The notes beneath the pieces are model-generated. The model ran no database searches. It was given only the letters and a program-made list of their open reading frames with translations, and had not been told where the DNA came from. From Phycisphaerales bacterium (GTDB lineage: Bacteria > Planctomycetota > Phycisphaerae > Phycisphaerales > SM1A02): a stretch of DNA of 64,000 nt. How positions within the stretch are numbered: position 1 is the stretch's first letter; every line of letters starts with the position of its first letter. Position numbers and translations under genes: made by a program. This document shows positions 1-9,860 of the stretch, piece after piece. The stretch is from NCBI GenBank assembly GCA_046350455.1, contig JAXMAM010000001.1, positions 57,130-121,129 on the forward strand, written 5' to 3'.

Positions 1-264
1 CAGACCGTGCTCAGCCAGATCCACGCCAGGCTCCACCACCAAGGCGCGCTGCTGCTGTCTTCGGTGACTGGGGACGGGACAGAGCCAACCATGAGCGTTG
101 GGGACCAAGGCACCCGCGTGGTGACGTACCTGCGCACGCCTGCTGCCATCCAGGAGATGGTGATACGGGCTGGCTTTGCCGTGCTGTCCAGCCACAGCGT
201 GCCAAGCCCAGAGAACGCATCCGTACAGACGTCCGACGTGGTCCTGCTTGCGCGGAAGAAGTGA
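1..264 (+). CDS. 3' end of a class I SAM-dependent methyltransferase-like gene (partial; continues upstream of window)
   Basis: The frame is open from nt 1, with high GC3. The C-terminal peptide ...GTRVVTYLRTPAAIQEMVIRAGFAVL... resembles the MTase C-terminal motif. No start codon lies inside the window. Confidence 0.35.
   Translation, partial: QTVLSQIHARLHHQGALLLSSVTGDGTEPTMSVGDQGTRVVTYLRTPAAIQEMVIRAGFAVLSSHSVPSPENASVQTSDVVLLARKK
137..250 (+). repeat. copy A of a ~110-bp duplicated segment (lies inside the methyltransferase 3' end)
   Basis: About 88% identical to 2925-3032 (core gccgtgctgtccagccaca.cgtgc.aagccca.agagaacgc.tc.gt.cagacgtc.gacgtg). Confidence 0.6.
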
Positions 265-290
265 GCAGCGCTGCGCTGCACCCACGGCGC

Positions 291-1205
291 TCAGATGGTC
301 CACGCACCCAGCAGGATGCCAAGGTCTGTGCCGCTAACGTCGCCATCGCCGTCTACGTCGGCCCGGCAACCACTGCAAGATCCCCAAGAGCCCAGAAGAA
401 TGCCGAGATCGGTTCCGTCCACGCGGCCATCGCAATCGAGATCAGCGGCCTGCTCTGTCCACACATCCTCTCCTCCGAGCACCGGTGCCGTGGCTTCGCT
501 GAACCCCACACCGAGCGTTCCATGCATGCCCATCGGACTCTCGTCGGCGATGGTTGTACTCCCTGGCGCCTCGTTGAAGTTGAACAACAGCACGGTAGAC
601 GGGAGGACCGGCAGATCGCCGCTTGGTGGGGTGAATGAAGGTCCCGAATAGAGCGCCGCATTTGAAACGCGGAACGAGTCCACCAAGCCAATGAAGGACG
701 GAAGCACGCTCGAAACGTCAACTCGCTTCACCGCGCCGATGGCGCCAACGCTGCCGGGCGCAGAAGAGTCCCCCACGTTGCTTCCGGATGAGCGGCTTGT
801 CAAGAGCATTCCATCCACATACAAGCTCTCCATCGCTCCAGTGTTGACATACGCCACGTGGATCCACCGGCCAGGATGCAGGCAGGTTGCCACGTACAGG
901 CTTTCATTGCTGTTGGGCCAGGCGTAACCGCTCAGAAAAGATGGACCAATCCACAACGACTTGTTTTCCTGCGCGGGCATGTGCTCGTTGTAGAGCATGC
1001 CAGAGCCAAGGGGATTGCTGAGCACCTTGACGACCGCCTCATAGGTCGCGGTCGTGCCGAGCTGCGTATCGCCTTCAATCCGGATTGTGTCCGTCGATTG
1101 CGCAAAGTACGCATACTGGGCCGATGCCGGCGCGGCGCACGCGCCAAGGGCAACCAGGGCGAGTCCAGATGCGGCGAGAACGTCAATGGATTTCAGGGCG
1201 ACCAT
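291..1205 (-). CDS. secreted LamG/concanavalin-like domain protein with C-terminal tandem dockerin-type repeats
   Basis: Signal peptide MVALKSIDVLAASGLALVALGACAAPASAQ. LamG-like core (LYVDGMLL...FRVSNAALYSG). C-terminus DLDCDGRVDGTDLGILLGSWG / DVDGDGDVSGTDLGILLGAWT. The first 74 codons of the listed ORF are low-complexity shadow. Confidence 0.6.
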   Translation of the reverse strand: MVALKSIDVLAASGLALVALGACAAPASAQYAYFAQSTDTIRIEGDTQLGTTATYEAVVKVLSNPLGSGMLYNEHMPAQENKSLWIGPSFLSGYAWPNSNESLYVATCLHPGRWIHVAYVNTGAMESLYVDGMLLTSRSSGSNVGDSSAPGSVGAIGAVKRVDVSSVLPSFIGLVDSFRVSNAALYSGPSFTPPSGDLPVLPSTVLLFNFNEAPGSTTIADESPMGMHGTLGVGFSEATAPVLGGEDVWTEQAADLDCDGRVDGTDLGILLGSWGSCSGCRADVDGDGDVSGTDLGILLGAWTI

Positions 1206-1530
1206 GCAGTCAGTGTAGTGGCCCTTCAACACTGGGCGGCTCGCTGCCCTCGTGCCGCGTTGATGGCTTCTACTGGGCGCTTGTCTTCGGCAGCACCACG
1301 CCGTCAGACTGGGCTGCGCCCTCAGGGGGGCTGGGCTATCCGCTGGCCACGGGGCCGGTGGCTGTGGAGGTGGTGGCCACGCTGGGCGGATGGAAGCTGT
1401 GGACGCACTCGCGCGATCTGCGTGCATCCTTTGCTGTGCCCGGCGAAGTGCTGTACTGGCTGGCCATCATCGGCATCCTTGCTGCCAGGCGGAAGCCAAT
1501 CCAGCCGTAAGCAGCGCATGCGGAGCGGCT

Positions 1531-2986
1531 TCACCCCCCCGGCGCAAACTCCGCAAGGAACGATTCCCACGGCTGGATGGCGTCGAACTCCTCGGGGGCG
1601 CCCTTGGCTCGCTGGCGCGCCTCTGCCAGCGACGCATCGGCCGCAGTGGTGTCGCCTGTGGCTCGCTGACACGCGCTGCGAAGAAGCGCGGCCAGCGGCG
1701 GCTGCCTGAGACCATTCATCGCAGCAGTCTCCTCCGCTGTCTTGAGCAGCGGAAGCGCATCGCTCCATCGGCCCTGACGCACCAGCGCCAAGGCCAGAGC
1801 AAGGTCGGCGCGGGTCACGTGGGAACGCCCCTCCACTGCGCGGCGCGCGCATTGCTCGGCATCCGCATAGGCCTGCGCAGGAAGCCCCGGGAGCTGCGCC
1901 AACGGTCACGCAATCAAGAGATGGTATCCCGCTGAAATCGGTGGTTCGCCAGGAAGCGCCTCGCAGGCCAGCATGGCGGAGGCCTGGTCTGCCAGGATGG
2001 CTCCAGCTTCGGAGGCTCGGCCCTCTGCAGCAAGCGCCAGCGCAGCATCGCGAGTGGATGCAATGAGCGCGATGGCTGTGGGCCAGGTCCGGCGGTGCAC
2101 ATCCTCCCAGGCGCTGCGCACCATCTCTCGGCCTTCCTGGGTCCGGCCCTGCGCCACCAGAGCGCGGCCCAGCATTCGGCGGCAGTTGGCGGCTGCGGAG
2201 CTGCCGGGATCTGTGTCGTGCTGGGCCACATCCAGCGCACGGCGGGCCAGGGCCTCTGCCGCATCCGGTGCGCCTTCGCCCAGCGCCATCACGCTGGCCC
2301 ACCAGAGCGCGGTGCCTTGTGCTGCGCGGAGCGGCGGGTTGCCTGTGGCGTCGCCTTCGGCCAGCGTCTCCAAAAGCCTGCGGAGGGGGCCACGCGCTGC
2401 ACCTGTGGTGCTGTCCGCAAAGCTCTCGAGCAGGGGAAGCATGGGCATGAGCACGTCTCGGCGCGCTGCGTCGGGCTGGGGGGCTGCGCGGATCGAGTCA
2501 GCCAGCGCTGTGGCAGCGTCCGCGCGCGCCTTGCTGATGGTGGTGGTGGTGGCGTCCTGAGCGTAGGCCGAGATCAGGCCTTCGATGGGCTCCAGATGAT
2601 CCGCCAGCGGCCCGAGAATCCCAGCCAGGAGCCCGCGCCGCCCGCTCGTGAGCTCGAATGTAAGGACGCGTTACGCCGTAGCGGACGTGCTCCTGCGAGC
2701 CGCCCGTGCGCTCAAAGAGCCCGCGACACCCTTCGACGAGGCACTTCTGAGCCTCATCCGCGCGCCCCATGCGGCCCAGGAGCATCCCCTCCAGCGAAGT
2801 CAGCTCCGCCTCCAGCCAATGTCCGGGTGGCACGTGGTGCTGGAGCTCCTCCCGAGCCTGGCGCGTGAACCGCAGCGCCACGGGATCCATGCCACCCCAT
2901 GTGGCGTCTTCTGCCGCGCGCGTCGCTCCAGCGGCCATCCAAGCGATTGTGGCGAAGGCTGGCTCTGCCGTGCTGTCCAGCCACAT
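1531..2986 (-). pseudogene. TPR-repeat protein, apparently disrupted (in-frame TGA at 1906-1908; frame change near 2665-2680)
   Basis: Three Ala/Leu-rich TPR-like ORF pieces (1531-1902, 1906-2454 extending open to 2670, and 2498-3118). The first two are in the same frame and separated only by TGA-CCG-TTG. The third lies in another frame with a garbage tail. Confidence 0.35.
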
Positions 2987-3032
2987 CGTGCTAAGCCCAA
3001 GAGAACGCGTCGGTGCAGACGTCTGACGTGTT
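2925..3032 (+). repeat. copy B of the ~110-bp segment: non-coding remnant of the methyltransferase 3' end
   Basis: Aligns to 137-250 at about 88% identity. In the + frame it still reads AAIQAIVAKAGSAVLSSHIV versus AAIQEMVIRAGFAVLSSHSV. Confidence 0.6.
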
Positions 3033-3036
3033 GTTG

Positions 3037-4554
3037 TCACTCTTGCCTGAGCACGGTGAGCACCCGCTCTTCGAGCAGCCCGCGGGAGAGTTCCGATGGA
3101 ACAGCGATTCCGATCCACACCTCGCCAATGAGTCCGAGTTCTGGCGCTGTGCCGCTGGCAAACAGCTGCTCAGTGCGCGCAAAGTCAATCTGTCCCCGAC
3201 CGAGGTAGGGTGTGCAGAGCGCAATGGAGGAGATCCCTTTGGCTGGAATGCGGCGCTCGCGGCCCAGGCGACCGCGGCGCAAGAGCCGCAAGGCTCCTGG
3301 CTCCACGATCCAAGCCAACGTGCCCCGTTGAAATCGTGCGCGGGGGCGTGCGACGGGGCGGCGGTAGAGGACCACGGCATAGCCCCAGAAGCAGAGAAAG
3401 GGAACCGCAGCGGCAAACTTGAGCACCTTGCCCCAGCTGCGAAGCGCGCCGTCGCCGATCACATGACTGTCGAGCAGCAGTCCCAGCCCCAGGAACACCA
3501 CCAAGAGTAGCAAGAGCGCCATGCATACCTTGGTTGATTCAGGATCGTCCACCGTGTACCCCGCAGAGCGACTTCCCATGATCACGATGGACCCAGCGGG
3601 TGCTTCCAGTCCGCACTTCGCACAGCGCACAGGTCCAGGAAGTGGCTCCCACCAAGGTTCGGTGGTGGCGGATCCCTCTGGCAACGGCGAACTGCAGCAG
3701 GGACACATGAGTGGGAGCGCAGGCGTAGAGGCCTCTTGCGTGGCTGGCACCTTCCAGCGCGAGGACTGATTCGCCCGAACCAGTGCCACATCTTCAACCT
3801 GACCTCCGTGCAGCGCCAACTCCAACTGCTGAGCGTATGCGTCCGCGCTGAGGCCATCGGGAAGCGGTGCCCACATGACGCCCATGGCGTCATCGCGCTC
3901 CCTGCTCACCAATCCAAGCCAATGCGAGTACCACCGCGTGGATGGTGGCGTCCTCGCCCAGTTGGACAGAGGTGTGTCGAGCGAAATGCGCGCGAGCACC
4001 GGCGCATTGGGATCGCCTAGGAGCGGCACATGGCGATGGGCAGTCACAGAGCGGATGTCCAACGCTGATATGGAGTGCGGTTCAGCGGTGGAATTGGGAA
4101 TGCCCCTCCAGAGGTGCATCGCTCCGCGCATGATCAACACACGCCGCTCCCTGCCTCCACCGCGCCGTGCCGCATCGGCAGCCTTCCACCGCCGCCAGAG
4201 GACAAAGCTGGCGATCCCCAGTGCCAGCACCATTGCCGCGGCCAACTGCATGTCACGTGCAGTGACGCCGCCGATGGCGCTTTGCGTGAACACGATCAGC
4301 GAACACACGATGACCCACGGGATTGCAAAGATGACGGAAACCACAAGTTGGTTCGTGCCGCTGTCGCCTAGGCCGCCAGGGTCGATCACCGCTCTGGGCG
4401 CCACCCCAGCAAGGCAATGGGCACCCTGCGGGATCTCCAAGGCACACTCTGGGCATTCGACGCACGCACGGTAAGGTCCTCCCACGCGATCTGGCGCGCC
4501 TGGGAGTCCCGTCAGTTCATATGCACAGCGCGGGCAGCGTTCGACAGCAGGCAC
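3037..4554 (-). CDS. zinc-ribbon membrane protein, paralog family member 1 (CxxC-x-Y-E-L ... CPEC plus second CxxC...CxxC)
   Basis: 505 aa. CPRCAYELTGLP...CVECPECALEI, a TM helix (VVSVIFAIPWVIVCSLIVF), a second TM near residue 340, and CPCC...CAKC. Confidence 0.5.
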   Translation of the reverse strand: MPAVERCPRCAYELTGLPGAPDRVGGPYRACVECPECALEIPQGAHCLAGVAPRAVIDPGGLGDSGTNQLVVSVIFAIPWVIVCSLIVFTQSAIGGVTARDMQLAAAMVLALGIASFVLWRRWKAADAARRGGGRERRVLIMRGAMHLWRGIPNSTAEPHSISALDIRSVTAHRHVPLLGDPNAPVLARISLDTPLSNWARTPPSTRWYSHWLGLVSRERDDAMGVMWAPLPDGLSADAYAQQLELALHGGQVEDVALVRANQSSRWKVPATQEASTPALPLMCPCCSSPLPEGSATTEPWWEPLPGPVRCAKCGLEAPAGSIVIMGSRSAGYTVDDPESTKVCMALLLLLVVFLGLGLLLDSHVIGDGALRSWGKVLKFAAAVPFLCFWGYAVVLYRRPVARPRARFQRGTLAWIVEPGALRLLRRGRLGRERRIPAKGISSIALCTPYLGRGQIDFARTEQLFASGTAPELGLIGEVWIGIAVPSELSRGLLEERVLTVLRQE

Positions 4555-5332
4555 GCGGGAAATCTACCCCGACTCAAATGCCAGTGCTGTGCGGAAACGT
4601 CATCCCGTCTACTGCACTCGTTCGGCTCCTTGTATGGCGCGTCTCCACAGCTCAATGTCGCTGGGGCGTGTGTAGGTCTGTGCAAACCACCAACGCTGTA
4701 CAGCGCTGACCCCGCGTCATGTGAACACCCAATGATGTTCTTAGACGCACCTCCCTACGCATACTGCATGCCGCCGAACAGTGCGCGGGGGTTGCCTGGA
4801 TTTCGGCTGGGCCCAGCGAGGCGCCCTGGCGCTTTGCGGTGGATTGGAACAATCATTGGCACGGAGATGAGTACCCGCAGTGGAGCGCCGAGCCCAAGTG
4901 GTAGTTGCGCGGGTCGATGGAGCAGGCCGAAAGACAGCAACTGGCCGCGCTGGCACTCAGACTGGAGTTTGTCAATCAAGATGCTGATGGACTTCACGTG
5001 CTGCTGAGAGCCCTACAGGAGGTGCACTGCAGCACCTTCACCTTGAAAGTGCAGCCGTGCCCTGAGTCTGGCTCCGGGCGTCGTCGGCTGGCGGCTTGTG
5101 TTCAAGCCCGCTATTGGACGCGCACTTGGACGCGCAACTGTCTCTGACGATGGACCAATCTTGCGCTGGGGTGGCGCTGCGGGGTCTGTTTGGCAATGGG
5201 ATGTGATCAGTTGACATTCTGGGAGGCTGCTCACGGCCCCTCTGGCCAGACCCAGAGATAACCCTCCTTGGTCCTTGTATTTTTCACTGGTGAAACTACC
5301 TTGGGGAGTCGATCTCGTAGAAGAACTCCACC

Positions 5333-7585
5333 ATGCAGACCCTCCACCGCGCCCGAACCATCGTTGCCGCAGCGCTTTGCGCTCTTGCTTCCCCCCTCGC
5401 TGCCATGGCTGGCGACAATTCGGCCACCTGCACGGGTGCCACCCACAGCTGCTACGAGCGAGGCGCTCCTGGCTGCAACGACAGCGCCTGCTGCGAGCAG
5501 ATCTGCGCGCTGGATCCCTATTGCTGCAACGCGGAGTGGGACATCTCCTGCGTGAACCGCGCCATCCTGGTCTGCGGCTTCCCCGCCTGCGACTGGGCCT
5601 GCCCGCCCGGCGCCACGCCAGAAGGCGAGCCCTGCGGCACCCAGATCAACGGTGGCTGCGAGCTCCCCATCAACGGCGACAGCAGCTGCTGCCGCAGCAA
5701 CCCCACTGGCAGCTGCGATGACGGCACCTGCGCTGCCGCAGTCTGCGCTGACTGGAGCAACTGCTGCGAGTACGAGTGGGACCAGTTCTGCGCGCAGCTG
5801 GCGTTGCGCTACTGCCCAGACCTGTGCACGCTGGGTGCGCCGGCCTTCACGCCCATCGCCTGCGGTCAGACCATCTGCGGCACCATCTGGGCTGACAACG
5901 GCCAGCATGACAACGACTGGTTTGAGTTCACCATCGCCGAGACTCGCCGCGTGACCATCACGGTGAGCTCCAAGCTGGACCTGCGCTTTGGCATCGCCAA
6001 CAACCACGGAATTCCGGACTGCGGCGGCTCGCTCCAACTGAGCCCCTTCAGTTTCACGGGTGTGTGTGGCACCACCACGGTGGAGGCCTGCCTGGTGGCT
6101 GGCACCTACTGGGTCCAGGTGGCTCCCACCGCGTACGGCGACTTCCCCTGCGACAGCGGCCTCAACGAGTACTTCATCAGCCTGGCCTGCGGCGAGGCAT
6201 GCATCCCGCCCACCTGCGGCTCTCCTGAGGCGGGCAGCTGCTTTGAGGCTGGTGGCTCGCCTTTCTGCGCCGACGCTGCCTGCTGCGCGGTGGTCTGCGA
6301 GGTGAATCCATACTGCTGCGACGTGGCGTGGGACGTGTCCTGCGTGGCAGAGGCCAAGACCTACTGCGTGAGCTGCGACCTGGCCACCGTGCCAGGCGAA
6401 GTGCACGAGCAGGAGCCCTGCGGTGCTGACACCAACGGCGGCTGCAACCTGCCGCAGCTGGGCACCAGCTCCTGCTGCCACCCCGGCAGCGCTCCAGGCT
6501 GCGACAACGGCGACTGCCAGCAGCTGATCTGCGAGTACGACGCCTACTGCTGCGAAGTGATGTGGGACGCATACTGCTCCAACATCGCGCCCCTCCTCTG
6601 CCCCGACCTCTGCCCGCTGGGCTCGCCGGCCTTCGAGCCCATCTCGTGCGGCATGACCATCCGCGGCACCGCGTGGGCGGAGAACGGCTTGAAGGACACA
6701 GACTGGTACGAGCTGCAGGTCTCGCAGCGGACCACCATCACCTTCTCTGGCACGGCGCAGTTCCCGCTGGTGATCGGCCTGTCAGACACGGGCGGCACAG
6801 GCGGCTGCGTGTACGGCACGGGCTGGTCGCAGCTCAATCCCTACGTGCTTGCCAACCCCTGCAACGAGGCCACCTTCACCACGTGCATCGAGCCTGGCAC
6901 CTGGTACCTCTTTGTGGCGCCGCAGATCACCTTCAACTGGCCATGCGTGGACGCTGGATGCCACTGCCCAGACCTGAACAACGACGGCGTGGTGGACGGC
7001 ACTGACCTGGGCATCCTGCTGGGTGATTGGGGCCCCGGCGAGAGCTGCGCCAGCCTGGACGGCGTTCCAGGCGTGGACGGCGTGGACCTGGGCCTGCTGC
7101 TGGGATCGTGGGGTCCGTACCACTGCACCAGCACCGGCAAGAACGAGTACGTCGTGAACCTTGAGTGCGGTGGCGAGTGCACCTCCAAGGTGGCCAACGA
7201 CACCTGCGCCGAGGCCACGCCGATCGGCGTGGGCTCCACTGAGTTCTCCACCGTGGGCGCCACCAGCGGCGGACCCGTGCTCCCCAAGTGGTGCGACGAG
7301 TTCGGCCTGATCTTTGTGCGCGATGTGTGGTTTGAGTTCACCGCACCATCCACGGGCCTGCTCCTGGTCTCCACCTGTGACCAGGCCAACTTCGACACCC
7401 GCTTGGCGGTCTACACCGGCGCGTGCAGCGCGCTGGAGATCGTGGGCTGCAACGACGAGGACGAGGCGTGCCTGATGCACACCTCGCAGCTCTACGTGGT
7501 GGTGGAAGAGGGCGTGAAGTACAAGATCCGCGTTGGCAGCTACGCCGACTGGGGTTCTGGCACGCTGACGCTCACGTATCCCTGA
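5333..7585 (+). CDS. large secreted protein with four Cys-rich ~40-aa modules, PPC (pre-peptidase C-terminal)-like domains and a dockerin-type repeat pair
   Basis: Signal peptide MQTLHRARTIVAAALCALASPLAAMAG. Four repeats of the form C..ACC..(I/V)C..(D/N)PYCC..WD..C. DNDWFEF / DTDWYEL / DVWFEF PPC motifs. CPDLNNDGVVDGTDLGILLGDWG ... GVDGVDLGLLLGSWG. Strong GC3 skew. Confidence 0.7.
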   Translation: MQTLHRARTIVAAALCALASPLAAMAGDNSATCTGATHSCYERGAPGCNDSACCEQICALDPYCCNAEWDISCVNRAILVCGFPACDWACPPGATPEGEPCGTQINGGCELPINGDSSCCRSNPTGSCDDGTCAAAVCADWSNCCEYEWDQFCAQLALRYCPDLCTLGAPAFTPIACGQTICGTIWADNGQHDNDWFEFTIAETRRVTITVSSKLDLRFGIANNHGIPDCGGSLQLSPFSFTGVCGTTTVEACLVAGTYWVQVAPTAYGDFPCDSGLNEYFISLACGEACIPPTCGSPEAGSCFEAGGSPFCADAACCAVVCEVNPYCCDVAWDVSCVAEAKTYCVSCDLATVPGEVHEQEPCGADTNGGCNLPQLGTSSCCHPGSAPGCDNGDCQQLICEYDAYCCEVMWDAYCSNIAPLLCPDLCPLGSPAFEPISCGMTIRGTAWAENGLKDTDWYELQVSQRTTITFSGTAQFPLVIGLSDTGGTGGCVYGTGWSQLNPYVLANPCNEATFTTCIEPGTWYLFVAPQITFNWPCVDAGCHCPDLNNDGVVDGTDLGILLGDWGPGESCASLDGVPGVDGVDLGLLLGSWGPYHCTSTGKNEYVVNLECGGECTSKVANDTCAEATPIGVGSTEFSTVGATSGGPVLPKWCDEFGLIFVRDVWFEFTAPSTGLLLVSTCDQANFDTRLAVYTGACSALEIVGCNDEDEACLMHTSQLYVVVEEGVKYKIRVGSYADWGSGTLTLTYP

Positions 7586-7602
7586 GCCTCAGGGAGTTGA
7601 TT

Positions 7603-7656
7603 TCGGCGCCGCTTCCAACCCTGCTGCGGTTGGGCGGGGCGCCTCTTTTTTTGTGC
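7603..7656 (+). terminator. Rho-independent terminator after the 5333-7585 gene
   Basis: cggcgccgcttccaaccctgctgcggttgggcggggcgcc forms nested GC stems (ggcgcc/ggcgcc and ccaacc/ggttgg), followed by tcttttttt. Confidence 0.55.
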
Positions 7657-7741
7657 GTTCGCCGCCGGCGCGCGAGAGGAGAAGGGCGATCAGCCGCGCC
7701 AGAGCGCGTCTCGCTACGCTAGTTGGACCTGCACGGGGAGC

Positions 7742-8455
7742 ATGCACATGAGCCACGCACACATTGCATCGTTGTCAGAGCTGGCTGATCAGGTGGCAGA
7801 GCAGGGCTGGGTTGTCACTGAACCGGTGGTAGAGCCAGAGCTCATCGAGCAGGCCATTCAGGAGACGGCGCACCTGCCAGCAGCGGCTGGCATTCGTAAC
7901 CTGCTTGATCACGCTGCGTGGGCTCGCACCATGGCGCGGCACCCGGCGGTGCGCGCCATTCCAGAGTCCATGCTGGGTGCGCAATGCTTTGTGGCGCGCG
8001 CCATCTTGTTTGACAAGACGCCCGACTGCAACTGGAAGGTGCCTTGGCACCAGGACCTGACCATCGCTGTCCGTGAGCGGCGCGACATGCTGGGGTTCGG
8101 GCCATGGTCTGTGAAGGAAGGCGTGCACCACGTGCAGCCGCCCGCGGAGGTGCTGGCGCGCATGGTCACCGTGCGCGTGCATCTGGACGAATGCGGCGTG
8201 GACAATGGCCCCGTGCGCGTGATCCCGGGCTCGCATCGGCACGGCGCGCTTGCGCCAAGTGCAGCAGAAAATCTGCGCCAGCAGACGCCCGAGGCTACGT
8301 GCGCGGTGGCCAAGGGTGGCATTCTGGCATTTGCGCCGCTGGTGCTGCACGCGTCATCGCCAGCCAAATTGCCGTGCCGTCGTCGTGTGGCTCACTTTGA
8401 GTTTGCAGTGGACGACTTGCCCGGAGGACTGCAGTGGGAAACCCAGTGGCGGTGA
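7742..8455 (+). CDS. phytanoyl-CoA dioxygenase (PhyH) family Fe(II)/2OG oxygenase
   Basis: NWKVPWHQDL motif, the HxD...H arrangement (VRVHLDECGVDNG ... GSHRHG), length 237 aa. Confidence 0.6.
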   Translation: MHMSHAHIASLSELADQVAEQGWVVTEPVVEPELIEQAIQETAHLPAAAGIRNLLDHAAWARTMARHPAVRAIPESMLGAQCFVARAILFDKTPDCNWKVPWHQDLTIAVRERRDMLGFGPWSVKEGVHHVQPPAEVLARMVTVRVHLDECGVDNGPVRVIPGSHRHGALAPSAAENLRQQTPEATCAVAKGGILAFAPLVLHASSPAKLPCRRRVAHFEFAVDDLPGGLQWETQWR

Positions 8456-8530
8456 AGTTCCTTGGCGCGGACGCTCGCGCAGCGCTCTCGCTGGCGCGTT
8501 AGCGGCCCACTCTCGCACGATGCCCAGCTG

Positions 8531-9172
8531 ATGATTCTCTTCCTCGCATTCATCCTCTTGCTGGTGTCCGTCCTTCTGAGCGCCATGCCATCGCTGCGCG
8601 GGCGCACAGGCTGGGCCCGGAACGCAGCGCTGTGGATTGGCGTGGGTGTCGTGGGCGTGTGGGTGGCGCACTTTTCACTGCGAGCGCTGGATCTCACCTG
8701 GCTCACGCCAGCCATCCAGGAAGAGCGTTGGTTCCGCGCAGACGCGCCGGGAGAACTGGCAAATATGGTCACTCTGGACGCACGGATGGTGGTGCGCCGA
8801 GACACACATGTGTTCTCCACAACACGCGGGGAAGAGCGCATGGTCTCGCTGGACACAACCGCTCGAGACGTGCGGAAGAAGGACGCAGACCTGCACATGC
8901 ACGAGCCAGCTGGCGATGGTCATTCAGGCGCAACAGACGCGCCGGCTGGCGACGCCGCCCGCGTGCTGGCCGAGTGGACGCGCGCGCTGAGGCAGAGCAA
9001 CGGTGCGGCGCCACAATGGAGCACATCGGTTCGACGGGAAGACCTGCCCGTGCACGCTTCCGATGCCTGGATGCTGTGGGGTGATCCCGCCGCAGAGGGC
9101 ATGGTGTTGTGCGGCGTGACGGGCGCTGGCGTCATCGCCATGTGGGTGATGGCGCGGAGGGCGGCGCGTTGA
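8531..9172 (+). CDS. hypothetical membrane protein
   Basis: Internal ATG at MILFLAFILLLVSVLLSA, two or three predicted TM helices, good GC3. No recognisable domain. Confidence 0.35.
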   Translation: MILFLAFILLLVSVLLSAMPSLRGRTGWARNAALWIGVGVVGVWVAHFSLRALDLTWLTPAIQEERWFRADAPGELANMVTLDARMVVRRDTHVFSTTRGEERMVSLDTTARDVRKKDADLHMHEPAGDGHSGATDAPAGDAARVLAEWTRALRQSNGAAPQWSTSVRREDLPVHASDAWMLWGDPAAEGMVLCGVTGAGVIAMWVMARRAAR

Positions 9173-9190
9173 GGCTTGCTGCTGCAGCGG

Positions 9191-9730
9191 TCAGCGCGCG
9201 CGCCGGCGGCCGCGGGCGGTCAGCCCAGCCAGGCCAAAGAAGGCCACAGCGCCAGGGGCGGGTGACTGCTCGATCTTCAGATACACCAGCGGATCGCCGA
9301 CCAGGCCCTGGCCAGTGCCGTCCCAGCGCACCTTGTTGCCGTCCTGGATGATGGCGGTGCCTTGCGTGGCGGTGACGCCCACCAGGGAGTGGTCGTTCTT
9401 CAGTCCGATGATCTCAAACGCATGCAGGCTGTACTGGCCTGGGCCGTAGTTGGAGAAGTCAATGCAGAAGGTGACAGACGTGGGGCTGTTCACCCACGAC
9501 GAGACGGTGACAAAGAAGTTGGAGCTGGTGCTGTCCGCAAAGGTCTGGCCGGAGGTGCCCAGCGCGTGGTTCATGCCGTTGATGTTGGAGCCCCAGTACG
9601 TGTAGCCGTTCTGTGGGCCAGCCACGCCCTGAATGAACACCTCATTGCCAGCGATCATCTCAGCCGTGGCAGTGGTGGTGACAAGGCAGGCGGACGCAAG
9701 CGCAAGGGTGCAGGCCAGAGAACGGTTCAT
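9191..9730 (-). CDS. PEP-CTERM-type sorted secreted protein (PAPG variant)
   Basis: Signal peptide MNRSLACTLALASACLVTTTATA. C-terminus SPAPGAVAFFGLAGLTARGRRRAR (motif, TM helix, Arg cluster). Confidence 0.6.
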   Translation of the reverse strand: MNRSLACTLALASACLVTTTATAEMIAGNEVFIQGVAGPQNGYTYWGSNINGMNHALGTSGQTFADSTSSNFFVTVSSWVNSPTSVTFCIDFSNYGPGQYSLHAFEIIGLKNDHSLVGVTATQGTAIIQDGNKVRWDGTGQGLVGDPLVYLKIEQSPAPGAVAFFGLAGLTARGRRRAR

Positions 9731-9860
9731 GGGAAGGGCTCCAGCCACCAGGGTGGCGTAGGCCGGCGCTCAGGAAGGAAACGCGCGCGGCCGAAAGGGT
9801 GCACCGAGGCTACCAGCGGGGGTGCGTGGCGCTGCGCGGAAAGCAGCAGTTTGGGGAAGA

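Noticed and set aside
137-250. Interpretation of the 110-bp repeat as a REP/hairpin element or terminator (imperfect stem GCTTTGCCGTGCTG/CAGCGTGCCAAGC)
   Set aside because: Both copies keep the same protein-coding frame (AAIQ..V..AG.AVLSSH), and copy A lies inside a plausible methyltransferase 3' end. Duplication of a gene fragment explains it better. The hairpin is imperfect.
7-264. The 85-aa ORF as an independent small gene
   Set aside because: The frame is open from nt 1 with no upstream stop in the window. It is more likely the 3' end of a longer gene whose start lies outside the window.
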